DNA of 64,000 bases. Origin: Candidatus Limnocylindrales bacterium (lineage in GTDB: Bacteria > Chloroflexota > Limnocylindria > Limnocylindrales > CSP1-4). Below the pieces are notes generated by a model. That model was not told the DNA's origin. It was given only the letters and a program-made list of their open reading frames with translations, and ran no database searches. The position numbers and the translations under genes were made by a program. The stretch spans positions 15,012 to 79,011 of the forward strand of contig DASSMQ010000006.1 in assembly GCA_035688805.1 (NCBI GenBank), read 5' to 3'. Every line of letters begins with the position of its first letter. The stretch's first letter is position 1. Positions 30,287 through 38,558 of this stretch are shown here, one piece after another.

Positions 30287-31548
30287 CCGTCGCGCCCGTC
30301 GTCGGCGAGCCCGACTGAGCGCCACGCCCAGCGTGCTTCCGCCAGCGGCGCCTCCGGGTCGGTGATGGCGACCCGGCGGATGCGATCCTCCCCGTAGGTC
30401 AGCGCCAGCCTCGCCAGCTGCCACCCGAGTCGGGCCGTCCGGGCGGCCTGGGGCACGAACAACGGCAGTTGTTGGCCCGCCGCCGGGGTCGTGCCGCGCA
30501 GTTCCAGGTCGATCCGCTGGACCGCTGCCGGCGGCGGCTGGCGCTCGAGGCGCGCGAACAGCAGACGCTCGACGGCTTCGGGGTCCGCGGTGGGTTCCGG
30601 GAAGCGCTGCTCGACCTCCATCCGCGGCGACGTACCGACCGGCGCGAACGCAAGGTCCAGTTCCAGCGTCAGCACTGCCCGATCCGCGGCGAGCCCTCGA
30701 CCGGTGAGCTGGGCGGCCAGCGCCGCCACTAGGCGATGGAGGACGAACCGGAGCGGCTCGAGCTCCTCGACCGGGGGTTCGATGGGCAGGGCGAGGGCCA
30801 GGCGCTCGGTCGCGTGGCGAGCCCCGAACGGCTCGGTCTCCTCGCCTCGAGCACGAGCATGGAGCCGCGCGCCCTCCTCGCCGAACCGGGCGATCAGCGC
30901 GGATCGCGGGAGGACCGCCACCGCGCCGATCCGACGCAGTCCGAAGCGGGTCAGGCGTGCCCGGACATCGGGGTCGGTGGTGAGCAGCCCGGACGGACGG
31001 TCGGCCAGGAACGCCGCCTCACCCCCGGGTGGGACGATGATCGGACCGTCCGGGGTGGCGGCCAGCGCCGCGACCGAGGCGGCGAACCGGGTGCCGGCGA
31101 TCCCGGCGCGCGGTGACGGCTCCCCGGGGAGGGCGCCTCGCAGCGCCGCACCGGCCCGCTCGATCAGTCGGGGCTCGGCCCCCCACAGCGGCTCGAGCCC
31201 ATCGATCCCGACCTCGAAGAACCCGAATGAGGCCGCCGATGGGTCGCTGGTCCCGGCCAGGCTCGGGCTGGATCGCCCGAGCGCCTCGAACACGGCCTCG
31301 GCAGCTCCCCGATCCGCATCGGGATCGGGGTCGATGAAGGTCGCCTCAGGGACGAGTCGGTGGGCGCTCCCGAGCGGCATCCCGCGTCGGACGCCGAGCG
31401 CCCGAGCTGTCGGATCGGCGTCGAGGACCGGACCCGGATCCCAGGGTCGCCCGCCCAGCACGAGCGGGCCGGTCGGGAAGGGCTCGGAGCGTCGAGCCCG
31501 GGCCAGGTGGAGCGGCAGGTGCGGCACGAACAGGTGCAGACGTCGCAT
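30274..31548 (-). CDS. imuB: ImuB (Y-family polymerase-like, catalytically inactive DinB homolog)
   Basis: Internal Met MRRLHLFVPHLPLHLARAR...GVRRGMPLGSAHRLVP matches the ImuB/DinB N-terminus. The upstream 193 codons of the track ORF overlap imuA. Confidence 0.85.
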   Translation of the reverse strand: MRRLHLFVPHLPLHLARARRSEPFPTGPLVLGGRPWDPGPVLDADPTARALGVRRGMPLGSAHRLVPEATFIDPDPDADRGAAEAVFEALGRSSPSLAGTSDPSAASFGFFEVGIDGLEPLWGAEPRLIERAGAALRGALPGEPSPRAGIAGTRFAASVAALAATPDGPIIVPPGGEAAFLADRPSGLLTTDPDVRARLTRFGLRRIGAVAVLPRSALIARFGEEGARLHARARGEETEPFGARHATERLALALPIEPPVEELEPLRFVLHRLVAALAAQLTGRGLAADRAVLTLELDLAFAPVGTSPRMEVEQRFPEPTADPEAVERLLFARLERQPPPAAVQRIDLELRGTTPAAGQQLPLFVPQAARTARLGWQLARLALTYGEDRIRRVAITDPEAPLAEARWAWRSVGLADDGRDGWPA

Positions 31549-32719
31549 GGTCGGTCTCGCGATCGGGGGCCTCATGAACGGGGGCGTGGACGGGAGGCGG
31601 CGGAGCGGCCGACAGCCGGAGGTCGACCGGATCGGCCCAGCGGGTGGGTTCCTTGCTTCCCGCGTACGAGCTTGCAGGCACGGCAAGTACCACGGGCGAG
31701 GACCGCGTACGGGCCTCATCTCCGAGCGATCCCTTGCCTTCGGGGCAAGGAACGGCGGCGATGGCCCGGCTATCGGTCGACGGCACCTCATCACTTGCGA
31801 GGACCGCAAGTTCCACGACCATCTCGCCTGGCCGTGCAGCGGTACTTGCCGTGGAGGCAAGCCCTTGCGCCGCGGGCACGTCGAGCGCGTCGAACAGGAG
31901 GGCGTCGTCGGCGAGGCACGCATCGCGCTCACCGCCCTCCGCGTAGAGGATCCGCAGGATGGCTCGGCGTCCCGGCGGACCGTGGCGGTTGTGGGCGACG
32001 AGCGCCTCGGTCCGCTGCCCGACGACGTCCCGGCCGAGACGGACCCAGGACCGCCGAGCGAGCTCCAGCCGGATGCCGGTCGATTGGTCGACCGCGGTCG
32101 TGAGGCCACCGCCCGACCCGGGCGCATCGAGGATCAGGAGCAGCGTCTCCGCCCGCCGGGCGAGAGCGGCGAGTCGATGGAGGCGATCGGCGATCTTCGC
32201 CGGCGTGTCGGTCCTGGCCAGACGGCCACCGGGCAGGTCGATGACGAGCAGGTCGACCGAGCGGCCGGCCAGCAGGCTGCCGGCGATGCCCAGGCCCTCG
32301 TCCAGGCTGGCCGGGGTGATGACCACGAGCCATTCGAGCCGGATGCCGCGGCTGACGGCTTCGACCGGGTCGAAGCTGCGCGACAGGTCCAGCCACGCCA
32401 CGACCGAGCCCTGGGCCTGGGCCTCCGCGGCGACCCGCAGGCTGAGGGTCGTCCGCCCGCTCGAGCCTTCCCCCCGGATCGCGACGCTGGCCGAGGTCGG
32501 CAACCCGCCCGGTCCGAGGATCGCGTCGAGGGCGGCGAAGCCGGTGTGGATGATCCGGTCGGCGGGCCGTGGGTCGGCGGAGGGTGACGGTCCCGGCATC
32601 TCTGTGGGGACCGGTGCCGGAGCCAGGGCCAGGGCGCCGACCACGCTCGGAGCTGCAGCACCCCAGCGGGCCCGGAGGCCCGCGACGGCGGCATCCACAT
32701 CACCCCGACCGGTCGACAT
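31346..32719 (-). CDS. imuA: ImuA (RecA/SulA-like cell-division-inhibitor fold protein of the mutasome), unusually long
   Basis: IHTGFAALDAILGPGGLPTSASVAIRGEGSSGRTTLSLRVAAEAQAQG...LLVIDLPGG RecA-like core. An SOS box lies 14 bp upstream. The ORF runs 203 nt into imuB. Confidence 0.75.
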   Translation of the reverse strand: MSTGRGDVDAAVAGLRARWGAAAPSVVGALALAPAPVPTEMPGPSPSADPRPADRIIHTGFAALDAILGPGGLPTSASVAIRGEGSSGRTTLSLRVAAEAQAQGSVVAWLDLSRSFDPVEAVSRGIRLEWLVVITPASLDEGLGIAGSLLAGRSVDLLVIDLPGGRLARTDTPAKIADRLHRLAALARRAETLLLILDAPGSGGGLTTAVDQSTGIRLELARRSWVRLGRDVVGQRTEALVAHNRHGPPGRRAILRILYAEGGERDACLADDALLFDALDVPAAQGLASTASTAARPGEMVVELAVLASDEVPSTDSRAIAAVPCPEGKGSLGDEARTRSSPVVLAVPASSYAGSKEPTRWADPVDLRLSAAPPPPVHAPVHEAPDRETDHATSAPVRAAPAAPPGPGSTLRALPDRPARAGRATLGSGSGPRRRSDSSGARRPTRDAARERPPTRP

Positions 32720-32732
32720 CGGACGTCGATAG

Positions 32733-32748
32733 TAGAACAGATGTTCTA
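32733..32748. promoter_or_regulatory. LexA-type SOS box TAGAACagatGTTCTA (perfect palindrome)
   Basis: Read directly. It is 14 bp upstream of the imuA start and 60 bp upstream of the divergent response-regulator gene. Confidence 0.75.
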
Positions 32749-32807
32749 GTCAGGCAAGCCGTTTCCGTCACCCGATCGACACGAGCGATGGCTAGCCTCG
32801 GCCTACC

Positions 32808-33566
32808 ATGCTGCCGATGCCGACCTCGACCTCCGACCCCGCGGTCCCGACCGCGCCGATCCTCGTCGTCGACGACGACGCGAAGATCGTCCGGCTCGTG
32901 CGGACCTACCTCGAACGGGACGGGTTCTCGGTCGTGACCGCCGCCGACGGCCCGGCCGCGCTCGCCGCGATCGAGGCCCATGCGCCCGCCCTCGTCGTGC
33001 TGGACCTGATGCTCCCCGAACTGGACGGGCGGGCCGTCATCCGGGCCGTCCGCCGCGACGACGAGGCCGGCCGCACGCCGATCCTCGTCCTGTCCGCGCG
33101 TAGCTCGACCATCGACCGGATCGCCGGACTCGAGGATGGGGCCGACGACTACCTGCCCAAGCCGTTCTCACCCGCCGAGCTCGTGCTCCGGGTGAAGTCG
33201 ATCCTGCGCCGTGCGGCGCCGGCCGGGGCAGGCCTGGCGGATGCCCGACGACCATCGACTCCGCTGCTCCGCCACGCCGATCTCACCGTCGACCCGTCCC
33301 GCCACGAGGTCCGCCGCGGCGACGCGGCCATCGACCTCACCCGGGTCGAGTTCAAGCTGCTGTCGACGATCCTGGCGGCGGATGGCCGCGTCCTGTCGCG
33401 CGACCAGCTGCTCGACGCCGTGTACGGCCACGAGGCGGCCGACGTCCTCGACCGGACCATCGACGTGCATGTCCGCCGATTGCGCGACAAGCTCGACGAT
33501 GACCCGGAAGCGCCGCGCTATGTCCAGACCGTGCGCGGCATCGGGTATCGCGCCGCCCGGACGTGA
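32808..33566 (+). CDS. OmpR-family two-component response regulator
   Basis: ILVVDDDAKIVRL receiver domain with D...LDLMLPELDG, plus a winged-helix trans_reg_C (VQTVRGIGYR). Confidence 0.9.
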   Translation: MLPMPTSTSDPAVPTAPILVVDDDAKIVRLVRTYLERDGFSVVTAADGPAALAAIEAHAPALVVLDLMLPELDGRAVIRAVRRDDEAGRTPILVLSARSSTIDRIAGLEDGADDYLPKPFSPAELVLRVKSILRRAAPAGAGLADARRPSTPLLRHADLTVDPSRHEVRRGDAAIDLTRVEFKLLSTILAADGRVLSRDQLLDAVYGHEAADVLDRTIDVHVRRLRDKLDDDPEAPRYVQTVRGIGYRAART

Positions 33567-34627
33567 TCGGTCGAGGTATCGCCGCACGCATCGCCCTGGC
33601 GGCCATCGCGAGCGCCGCGGTCGGCCTGGTCATCCTCGCCATCGGTGTGGCCGTGGTCGGTGGCGGGGTCTTCACCGAGTTGATGATGAAGGCCGGCGAC
33701 TCGGCCGAGCACGCTCGACGGATGTACGACGACTCGGTGGTCACGGTCGTGGTCGCGGCCTCCGCCCTGGCCGTGCTGGCGAGCCTCGGTCTAGCCGTCG
33801 CCCTCGCCCGGATGCTGGCCCGGCCGCTCGACGAGATCAGTGGCGCCGCTCGACGGATCGCCGACGGTGACTACGCGGCCCGCGTCCCGCGCGAGGGGCC
33901 CGAGGAGCTGGCCAGCCTGGCCGACTCATTCAACCAGATGGCCGCTTCGCTCGAGCGTCAGGAGCAGATGCGGCGCGACTTCATCGCCAACGCAGCCCAT
34001 GAGCTACGGACGCCGTTGACCAATCTGCAGGGCTACCTCGAAGCGCTGCGCGACGGCGTCATCGTGGCCGATGCCGCGACCTACGAGTCGCTCCACGAGG
34101 AGGCCGATCGCCTCGTCCGCCTGTCGCGCTCGCTCGACGCGCTCGCGGAGGGCGACGCCGACACGAGCCCGGCGACACGCATCGAGCTCGATCTCGCGGC
34201 TGCGATCCGCTCAGCGATCGACCTCGCCGCGCCGGCGATCGAACGCGCCGGGCTGCGCCTGGAGACCGGCCTTCCCCCCTCGCTGCCGGCCCGGGCGGAT
34301 CCAGACCGGGTCGCCCAGGTCCTCGCCAACCTCCTCTCGAACGCCATCCGGTACACGGCACGCGGCGGCCTGGTCACGGTCCGCGCCGAACGGCGTCCAG
34401 CCGATGTCCTGGTCTCGGTGACGAATACCGGCGACTCGATCCCGGCCGACGACCTCGATCGGGTATTCGAGCGGTTCTACCGGGTCGAGAAGTCACGCGA
34501 TCGCGCTCGGGGAGGCGCCGGCATCGGGCTGGCCATCGTGAAGCAGCTGGTCGAATCGGGCGGCGGTCGAGTCGGCGCCGAATCGGCTGAAGGTCAGACG
34601 CGCTTCTGGTTCAGCATCCCGGCCTGA
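33563..34627 (+). CDS. sensor histidine kinase (HAMP-HisKA-HATPase)
   Basis: H-box AAHELRTPLTNLQGYLEAL; N/G boxes (LLSNAIRYT, GGAGIGLAIVKQLV); a GTGA overlap with the RR stop. Confidence 0.9.
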   Translation: MIGRGIAARIALAAIASAAVGLVILAIGVAVVGGGVFTELMMKAGDSAEHARRMYDDSVVTVVVAASALAVLASLGLAVALARMLARPLDEISGAARRIADGDYAARVPREGPEELASLADSFNQMAASLERQEQMRRDFIANAAHELRTPLTNLQGYLEALRDGVIVADAATYESLHEEADRLVRLSRSLDALAEGDADTSPATRIELDLAAAIRSAIDLAAPAIERAGLRLETGLPPSLPARADPDRVAQVLANLLSNAIRYTARGGLVTVRAERRPADVLVSVTNTGDSIPADDLDRVFERFYRVEKSRDRARGGAGIGLAIVKQLVESGGGRVGAESAEGQTRFWFSIPA

Positions 34628-34637
34628 TCCAGTCTGT

Positions 34638-35528
34638 CTACGGGAGCGCGATCGCGACCAACCCGACGAACACGCCGGCGAGGCCGACCCACTGGATCGG
34701 CCGCAGGCGTTCGCCGAGCAGGGCCACGGCGACGATGATCGTGACCGTCGGCCCGAACGATGAGGCCAGGCCGACGAGCCACGTCTCGGCGTGTTCGAGC
34801 CCGTAGGCGAACGAGGCGAGGCCCACGACATCGAGCAGCCCCGCGAGCGCGATCGCGCCGAACGTACGAGCGTGCGCGCCACCCGTTCCTTCAAGGGCCG
34901 GACCGGCGTGGCCGCGCAGGACCGTCGACGCCACCACCAGCACGACGGTCGACAGCAGCGCGTTGGCGGTGCGCGACACGAGCACGACCTCCAGCCATGG
35001 CGCGCGGTCGATGACGATGTCGCTGCCGATACTCATCGACGCGAACAGGACGAGGGCGACGACCGCGAAGACCACCCCCGGACTCGCAAACCGTGTCCCA
35101 CGCAACCCTTGGTCGAATGCCACACCCGTCATCACGACGCCGATCGTCGCCACGGCAGCGCCCACCCCCTGCAGCGGGGTCAGCGTCTCGCCCCGGACCA
35201 CGACCGCCAGCACGACCGTCAGGCCCCCATAAGCCGCGACCATCCCGCTGACGACGGCGATCGGCCCGATCCGAAGGCCGGTGAAATAGGACAGGTAGGC
35301 GCCGGCGCCGGCCAGGCCGACCAGGGCACCGCCGACGAGGACGAAGGGGTCCCCTGAGATCGTGGTCCCGGTCGCGATCGCCGCGATCCACACGAAGACC
35401 GCCCCGACGACCTGCATCCCAGCGGTCACCACCAGGCTGCCGACCCGTCGGCTGGCCAGCGCGGAGAAGAGATCGAGCGTGCCCCACGACAGGGCCGCAC
35501 CGAGCCCGGTGAGCAGGCCAAGCGGCAT
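34638..35528 (-). CDS. DMT-superfamily (EamA) transporter
   Basis: 10-TM protein with duplicated EamA-like halves. Confidence 0.65.
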   Translation of the reverse strand: MPLGLLTGLGAALSWGTLDLFSALASRRVGSLVVTAGMQVVGAVFVWIAAIATGTTISGDPFVLVGGALVGLAGAGAYLSYFTGLRIGPIAVVSGMVAAYGGLTVVLAVVVRGETLTPLQGVGAAVATIGVVMTGVAFDQGLRGTRFASPGVVFAVVALVLFASMSIGSDIVIDRAPWLEVVLVSRTANALLSTVVLVVASTVLRGHAGPALEGTGGAHARTFGAIALAGLLDVVGLASFAYGLEHAETWLVGLASSFGPTVTIIVAVALLGERLRPIQWVGLAGVFVGLVAIALP

Positions 35529-35646
35529 CGGCGGAGCCTACGGTCCAACGGTCGAGCGGCCACCGTGGTCCCGTCGGCCGGGACGCGCCGTCGCCGGCCG
35601 CGGCGGCCGGTCGGGCGGGAAGCCCGTGCTACACTCGCTCGCCCGT

Positions 35647-35722
35647 GGGGATGTAGCTCAGCTGGGAGAGCACCGCGTTCGCATCGCGGGGGTCAGGGGT
35701 TCGAGTCCCCTCATCTCCACCA
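35647..35722 (+). tRNA. tRNA-Ala (anticodon CGC), CCA encoded
   Basis: Cloverleaf GGGGATG/CATCTCC acceptor with a G3:U70 pair; anticodon loop TTCGCAT; T-loop GGTTCGAGTCC; 3' ACCA. Confidence 0.85.
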
Positions 35723-35742
35723 TCCCGATCGGAGGGGTCCCC

Positions 35743-36105
35743 ACGTCCGTCGTCGCGGCGATCCTGGTCGCGCTCGTCGCGCTGATCCACGCCTACATCC
35801 TCGTGCTCGAGATGTTCCTGTGGCGCACGCCTCGCGGTCGGCAGGCATTCGGGACGACCGCCGAGCAGGCCGAGACGATGGCGACGCTCGCGGCCAACCA
35901 GGGGCTGTACAACGGGTTCCTCGCCGCCGGTCTGGCCCTGAGCCTCGTCCTGCCCGAGCCGAGCGCCCTGGTCCTGAAGGTCTTCCTGCTGGCGTGCGTG
36001 GTGATCGCGGGTCTCTATGGCGCCGCGACCGTGTCGCGCCGGATCGTCCTCGTGCAGGCCTTGCCGGCCGCGCTGGCGTTGGGGGCCGTGCTGCTAGCAC
36101 GCTGA
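35743..36105 (+). CDS. DUF1304-like small membrane protein (start codon unresolved)
   Basis: AILVALVALIHAYILVLEMFLWRTPRG...; 4 TM helices. No ATG/GTG/TTG in frame between the tRNA end and the first TM segment, although a GGAGGGG RBS is present. Confidence 0.4.
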   Translation, partial: TSVVAAILVALVALIHAYILVLEMFLWRTPRGRQAFGTTAEQAETMATLAANQGLYNGFLAAGLALSLVLPEPSALVLKVFLLACVVIAGLYGAATVSRRIVLVQALPAALALGAVLLAR

Positions 36106-36240
36106 CGCGCGATCGACCTTGGAGGATCCGCCTCCGGCGGTGCCGGGCCTCGTGGCGCTGACGAGTGGTCGCTGGTTCGTGCAGCGGTCGTGCAGTCGTC
36201 GATACGCCTCGGGTGAGCGCTCGCCGTCAGCATCGACGCC

Positions 36241-36957
36241 ATGAAGTCGACCAAGATCGCCAGGCAGGAACGGCGCGCCCGTCGCGTCTCGAAACGCCAC
36301 CACCGAGATCCGGGCCTCCGGCTGACGCCGCTCGGCGCGGGCACGTTCGAACCGGGCCTCAAGAAGGCCATCCTGGCTGCCTTCCGGGGATTCGACCCGA
36401 CCGGTCCCTGGTCCGAGATGGCGCCACGCATCGTGCCCGTCCTCAAGCGTCGCCGCCATCCGTTCCCGGCGGAGGCGACACCGCTGCACATCAACGTCCC
36501 GCCCGGGGTCTGGACCGGTTTCGGGATCGACCTCGGGCCGGCCTTCTCGCACGTGACTCGCGCGCTCGTCGATGGCTGGGGGATCGACGACGCCACGCTT
36601 CTGGCGACCGCGTTGGACAACCTGGCCGCCCTGGCCAGGTCGGAGACGCCGGTGATCGAACGTCTCGATCTCGATGGCGTCGGCGTCACGGCCATCCAGG
36701 GTCAGGGTTGGGGCTCGTCGCTCATCCTCGCCCCGGACCTGCTGCGGCGCATCCTCGGGCCTGGACCGCGCGTGTTATTGGCGCCGGTCCGCAACACGTT
36801 GCTCGCGCTGCCTGACGACGTTGACCCCGACCTGACGGTCGATCTCTGGGCTGCGATCGCCGCCGGCGCGCACGATGAGCTCGACGTCGACCCGCTGCGC
36901 TGGACCGGGTCGACCGTGACGATGCTTGGCGGGCGAGCGCTCGGCCTGCCAAATTGA
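36241..36957 (+). CDS. hypothetical protein (basic N-terminus, no recognised domain)
   Basis: 238-aa ORF with an ATG start and good coding GC3 pattern. Confidence 0.45.
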   Translation: MKSTKIARQERRARRVSKRHHRDPGLRLTPLGAGTFEPGLKKAILAAFRGFDPTGPWSEMAPRIVPVLKRRRHPFPAEATPLHINVPPGVWTGFGIDLGPAFSHVTRALVDGWGIDDATLLATALDNLAALARSETPVIERLDLDGVGVTAIQGQGWGSSLILAPDLLRRILGPGPRVLLAPVRNTLLALPDDVDPDLTVDLWAAIAAGAHDELDVDPLRWTGSTVTMLGGRALGLPN

Positions 36958-36963
36958 GACGTC

Positions 36964-37743
36964 CTAGCGGCGCGTCGCGGCGATCAGCCTGACCTGCCAA
37001 TCCGTGACGACCGGTCCGGAACCCCACGTCGCCTCGACCCGGCTCCGGAACGCGTCGCGATACCGCTCGACCACCTCCGTGGACCAGACGGTCGGCGCCC
37101 CGAAGCTCGATCGGTAGGCCAGGTACGCCTCCACGTCGTCGTGGCTGACCTCGAAGCTGCGTGTCTGGGTCTCGATCTCGTGGAACCCGGCCCGGCGGAG
37201 ACGCTGGAGCAACGTCGCGACGGGCACGGCCGGGTACGGACCGATGCCGGCGTCACGGCGGGCGGCGTTCAGCAGCGTCAGCTCCCCGTACTCCAGGCCC
37301 CAGATCGCCGCCACGAGCCGGCCGCCCGGGCGCAGCACCCGAGCCGCCTCACGGATCGTTGCGGGGGCGTCGAGCAGCGGCGTGAATTGCGACAGGAGCA
37401 TGTCGAAGCGGCCATCGTGAAACGGCAGTCGCGCCAGGTCGGCCTCCTGGAACGCCACGCCAGCCCGCCGCCGGGCCGGAGCGGCGGCCGGCACGACCCG
37501 TCGGGCGACCGCCAACATGCCGGCGGACACGTCCGTCGCGGTGAGGCGGCCTCGGGCTCCGAGATGCGCGACGACGTGCCGCGAGAGCCCGCCCGTCCCT
37601 GCTCCCACCTCCAGGATGTCGGCGTCCTCCCGCGGGTCGGCGAACGCCGCGAGCGCCTCCGCGACGACGCGGAATTTGGGGACGATCCAGCGCTCGTACG
37701 ACTCGGCGACCGGGTCGTACTGGCTGACGGTCGGGGCGCTCAT
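36964..37743 (-). CDS. class I SAM-dependent methyltransferase
   Basis: Internal Met MSAPTVSQYDP...ILEVGAGTGGLSRHV SAM motif. The ATG overlaps the stop of the upstream M48 peptidase gene (ATGA). Confidence 0.65.
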   Translation of the reverse strand: MSAPTVSQYDPVAESYERWIVPKFRVVAEALAAFADPREDADILEVGAGTGGLSRHVVAHLGARGRLTATDVSAGMLAVARRVVPAAAPARRRAGVAFQEADLARLPFHDGRFDMLLSQFTPLLDAPATIREAARVLRPGGRLVAAIWGLEYGELTLLNAARRDAGIGPYPAVPVATLLQRLRRAGFHEIETQTRSFEVSHDDVEAYLAYRSSFGAPTVWSTEVVERYRDAFRSRVEATWGSGPVVTDWQVRLIAATRR

Positions 37744-38558
37744 GCGCTGAGCGTCGTGCTGGGCGGGTCGAGCGCGCCGTGCAATTCCGTGGCGTGATCG
37801 TGGAGCCAGCGCCGCCAGGCACGATGGTCCGACCGGTGGTGCGCGACGAGTGACCAGAACCGCGGTCCGTGCCCGAAGACTCGCAGATGCGCCAGTTCGT
37901 GGACGACGACCGTCTCCAGCGCCTCGGGGGGCGCGAGGATCAGCCGCCACGAGAAGGACAGGCGTCCGCTGCGGGCTGCGCTCCCCCAGCGCGTCCGGGG
38001 ATCGCGCAGGGCGATGCCGGCGGGAATGACGCCCATCCTCGGAGCGTGCTCGGCCACCGCGGTGTGGACGGCATCGCTCGCCCGGTCGCGCAGCCACCGC
38101 TCGAGGATGACGCCCTCGGGCCGCCGGTCGGCAGGCACTCGATGGATGACGAGCTCATCGTCGATGGCCACGACATCGGAGCGCCGGATGCCCGACACGG
38201 CCGGCACGACCCGGATCGACTGCCATCGACCCTGGAACAGGATCGAGCCGCCGTCGACCGGTCCGCCCCGCCGTGCGAGCGCCGCCAGTACCTCGGTCTG
38301 GCGTCGCAGATGGCGACGCAGCCACGCTTCCCGTTCGCCAAGGAACGCGGTCGCCCGTCGCTCCCCATCGAGTCGCCCGGTGCGCGTGGCCGGCAGGGTC
38401 ACGACGACGCCCCGCTCCGGATGGATCACGACTCGCAGGCTTCGGGCGCGCGGCGAGTGGCGGAGTGTGAAGGGCAGCGGGCCACCCGGGAGGTGCGCGA
38501 CCGCCGCGATCTCGGTCACGCCCGCCCGGCGCGCGCGGGTCGGCGATGGTGCGCTCAC
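37740..38558 (-). CDS. M48-family metallopeptidase (YgjP/DUF45-like, HExxH)
   Basis: VVHELAHLRVFGHGPRFW zinc-binding motif; the GTG start overlaps the deacylase stop (GTGA). Confidence 0.65.
   Translation of the reverse strand: MSAPSPTRARRAGVTEIAAVAHLPGGPLPFTLRHSPRARSLRVVIHPERGVVVTLPATRTGRLDGERRATAFLGEREAWLRRHLRRQTEVLAALARRGGPVDGGSILFQGRWQSIRVVPAVSGIRRSDVVAIDDELVIHRVPADRRPEGVILERWLRDRASDAVHTAVAEHAPRMGVIPAGIALRDPRTRWGSAARSGRLSFSWRLILAPPEALETVVVHELAHLRVFGHGPRFWSLVAHHRSDHRAWRRWLHDHATELHGALDPPSTTLSA

Noticed and set aside
35362-35742. N-terminal 125 codons of ORF 35362..36105
   Set aside because: It reads through the DMT transporter start region on the opposite strand and through tRNA-Ala(CGC). 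Only the post-tRNA DUF1304-like portion is credible.
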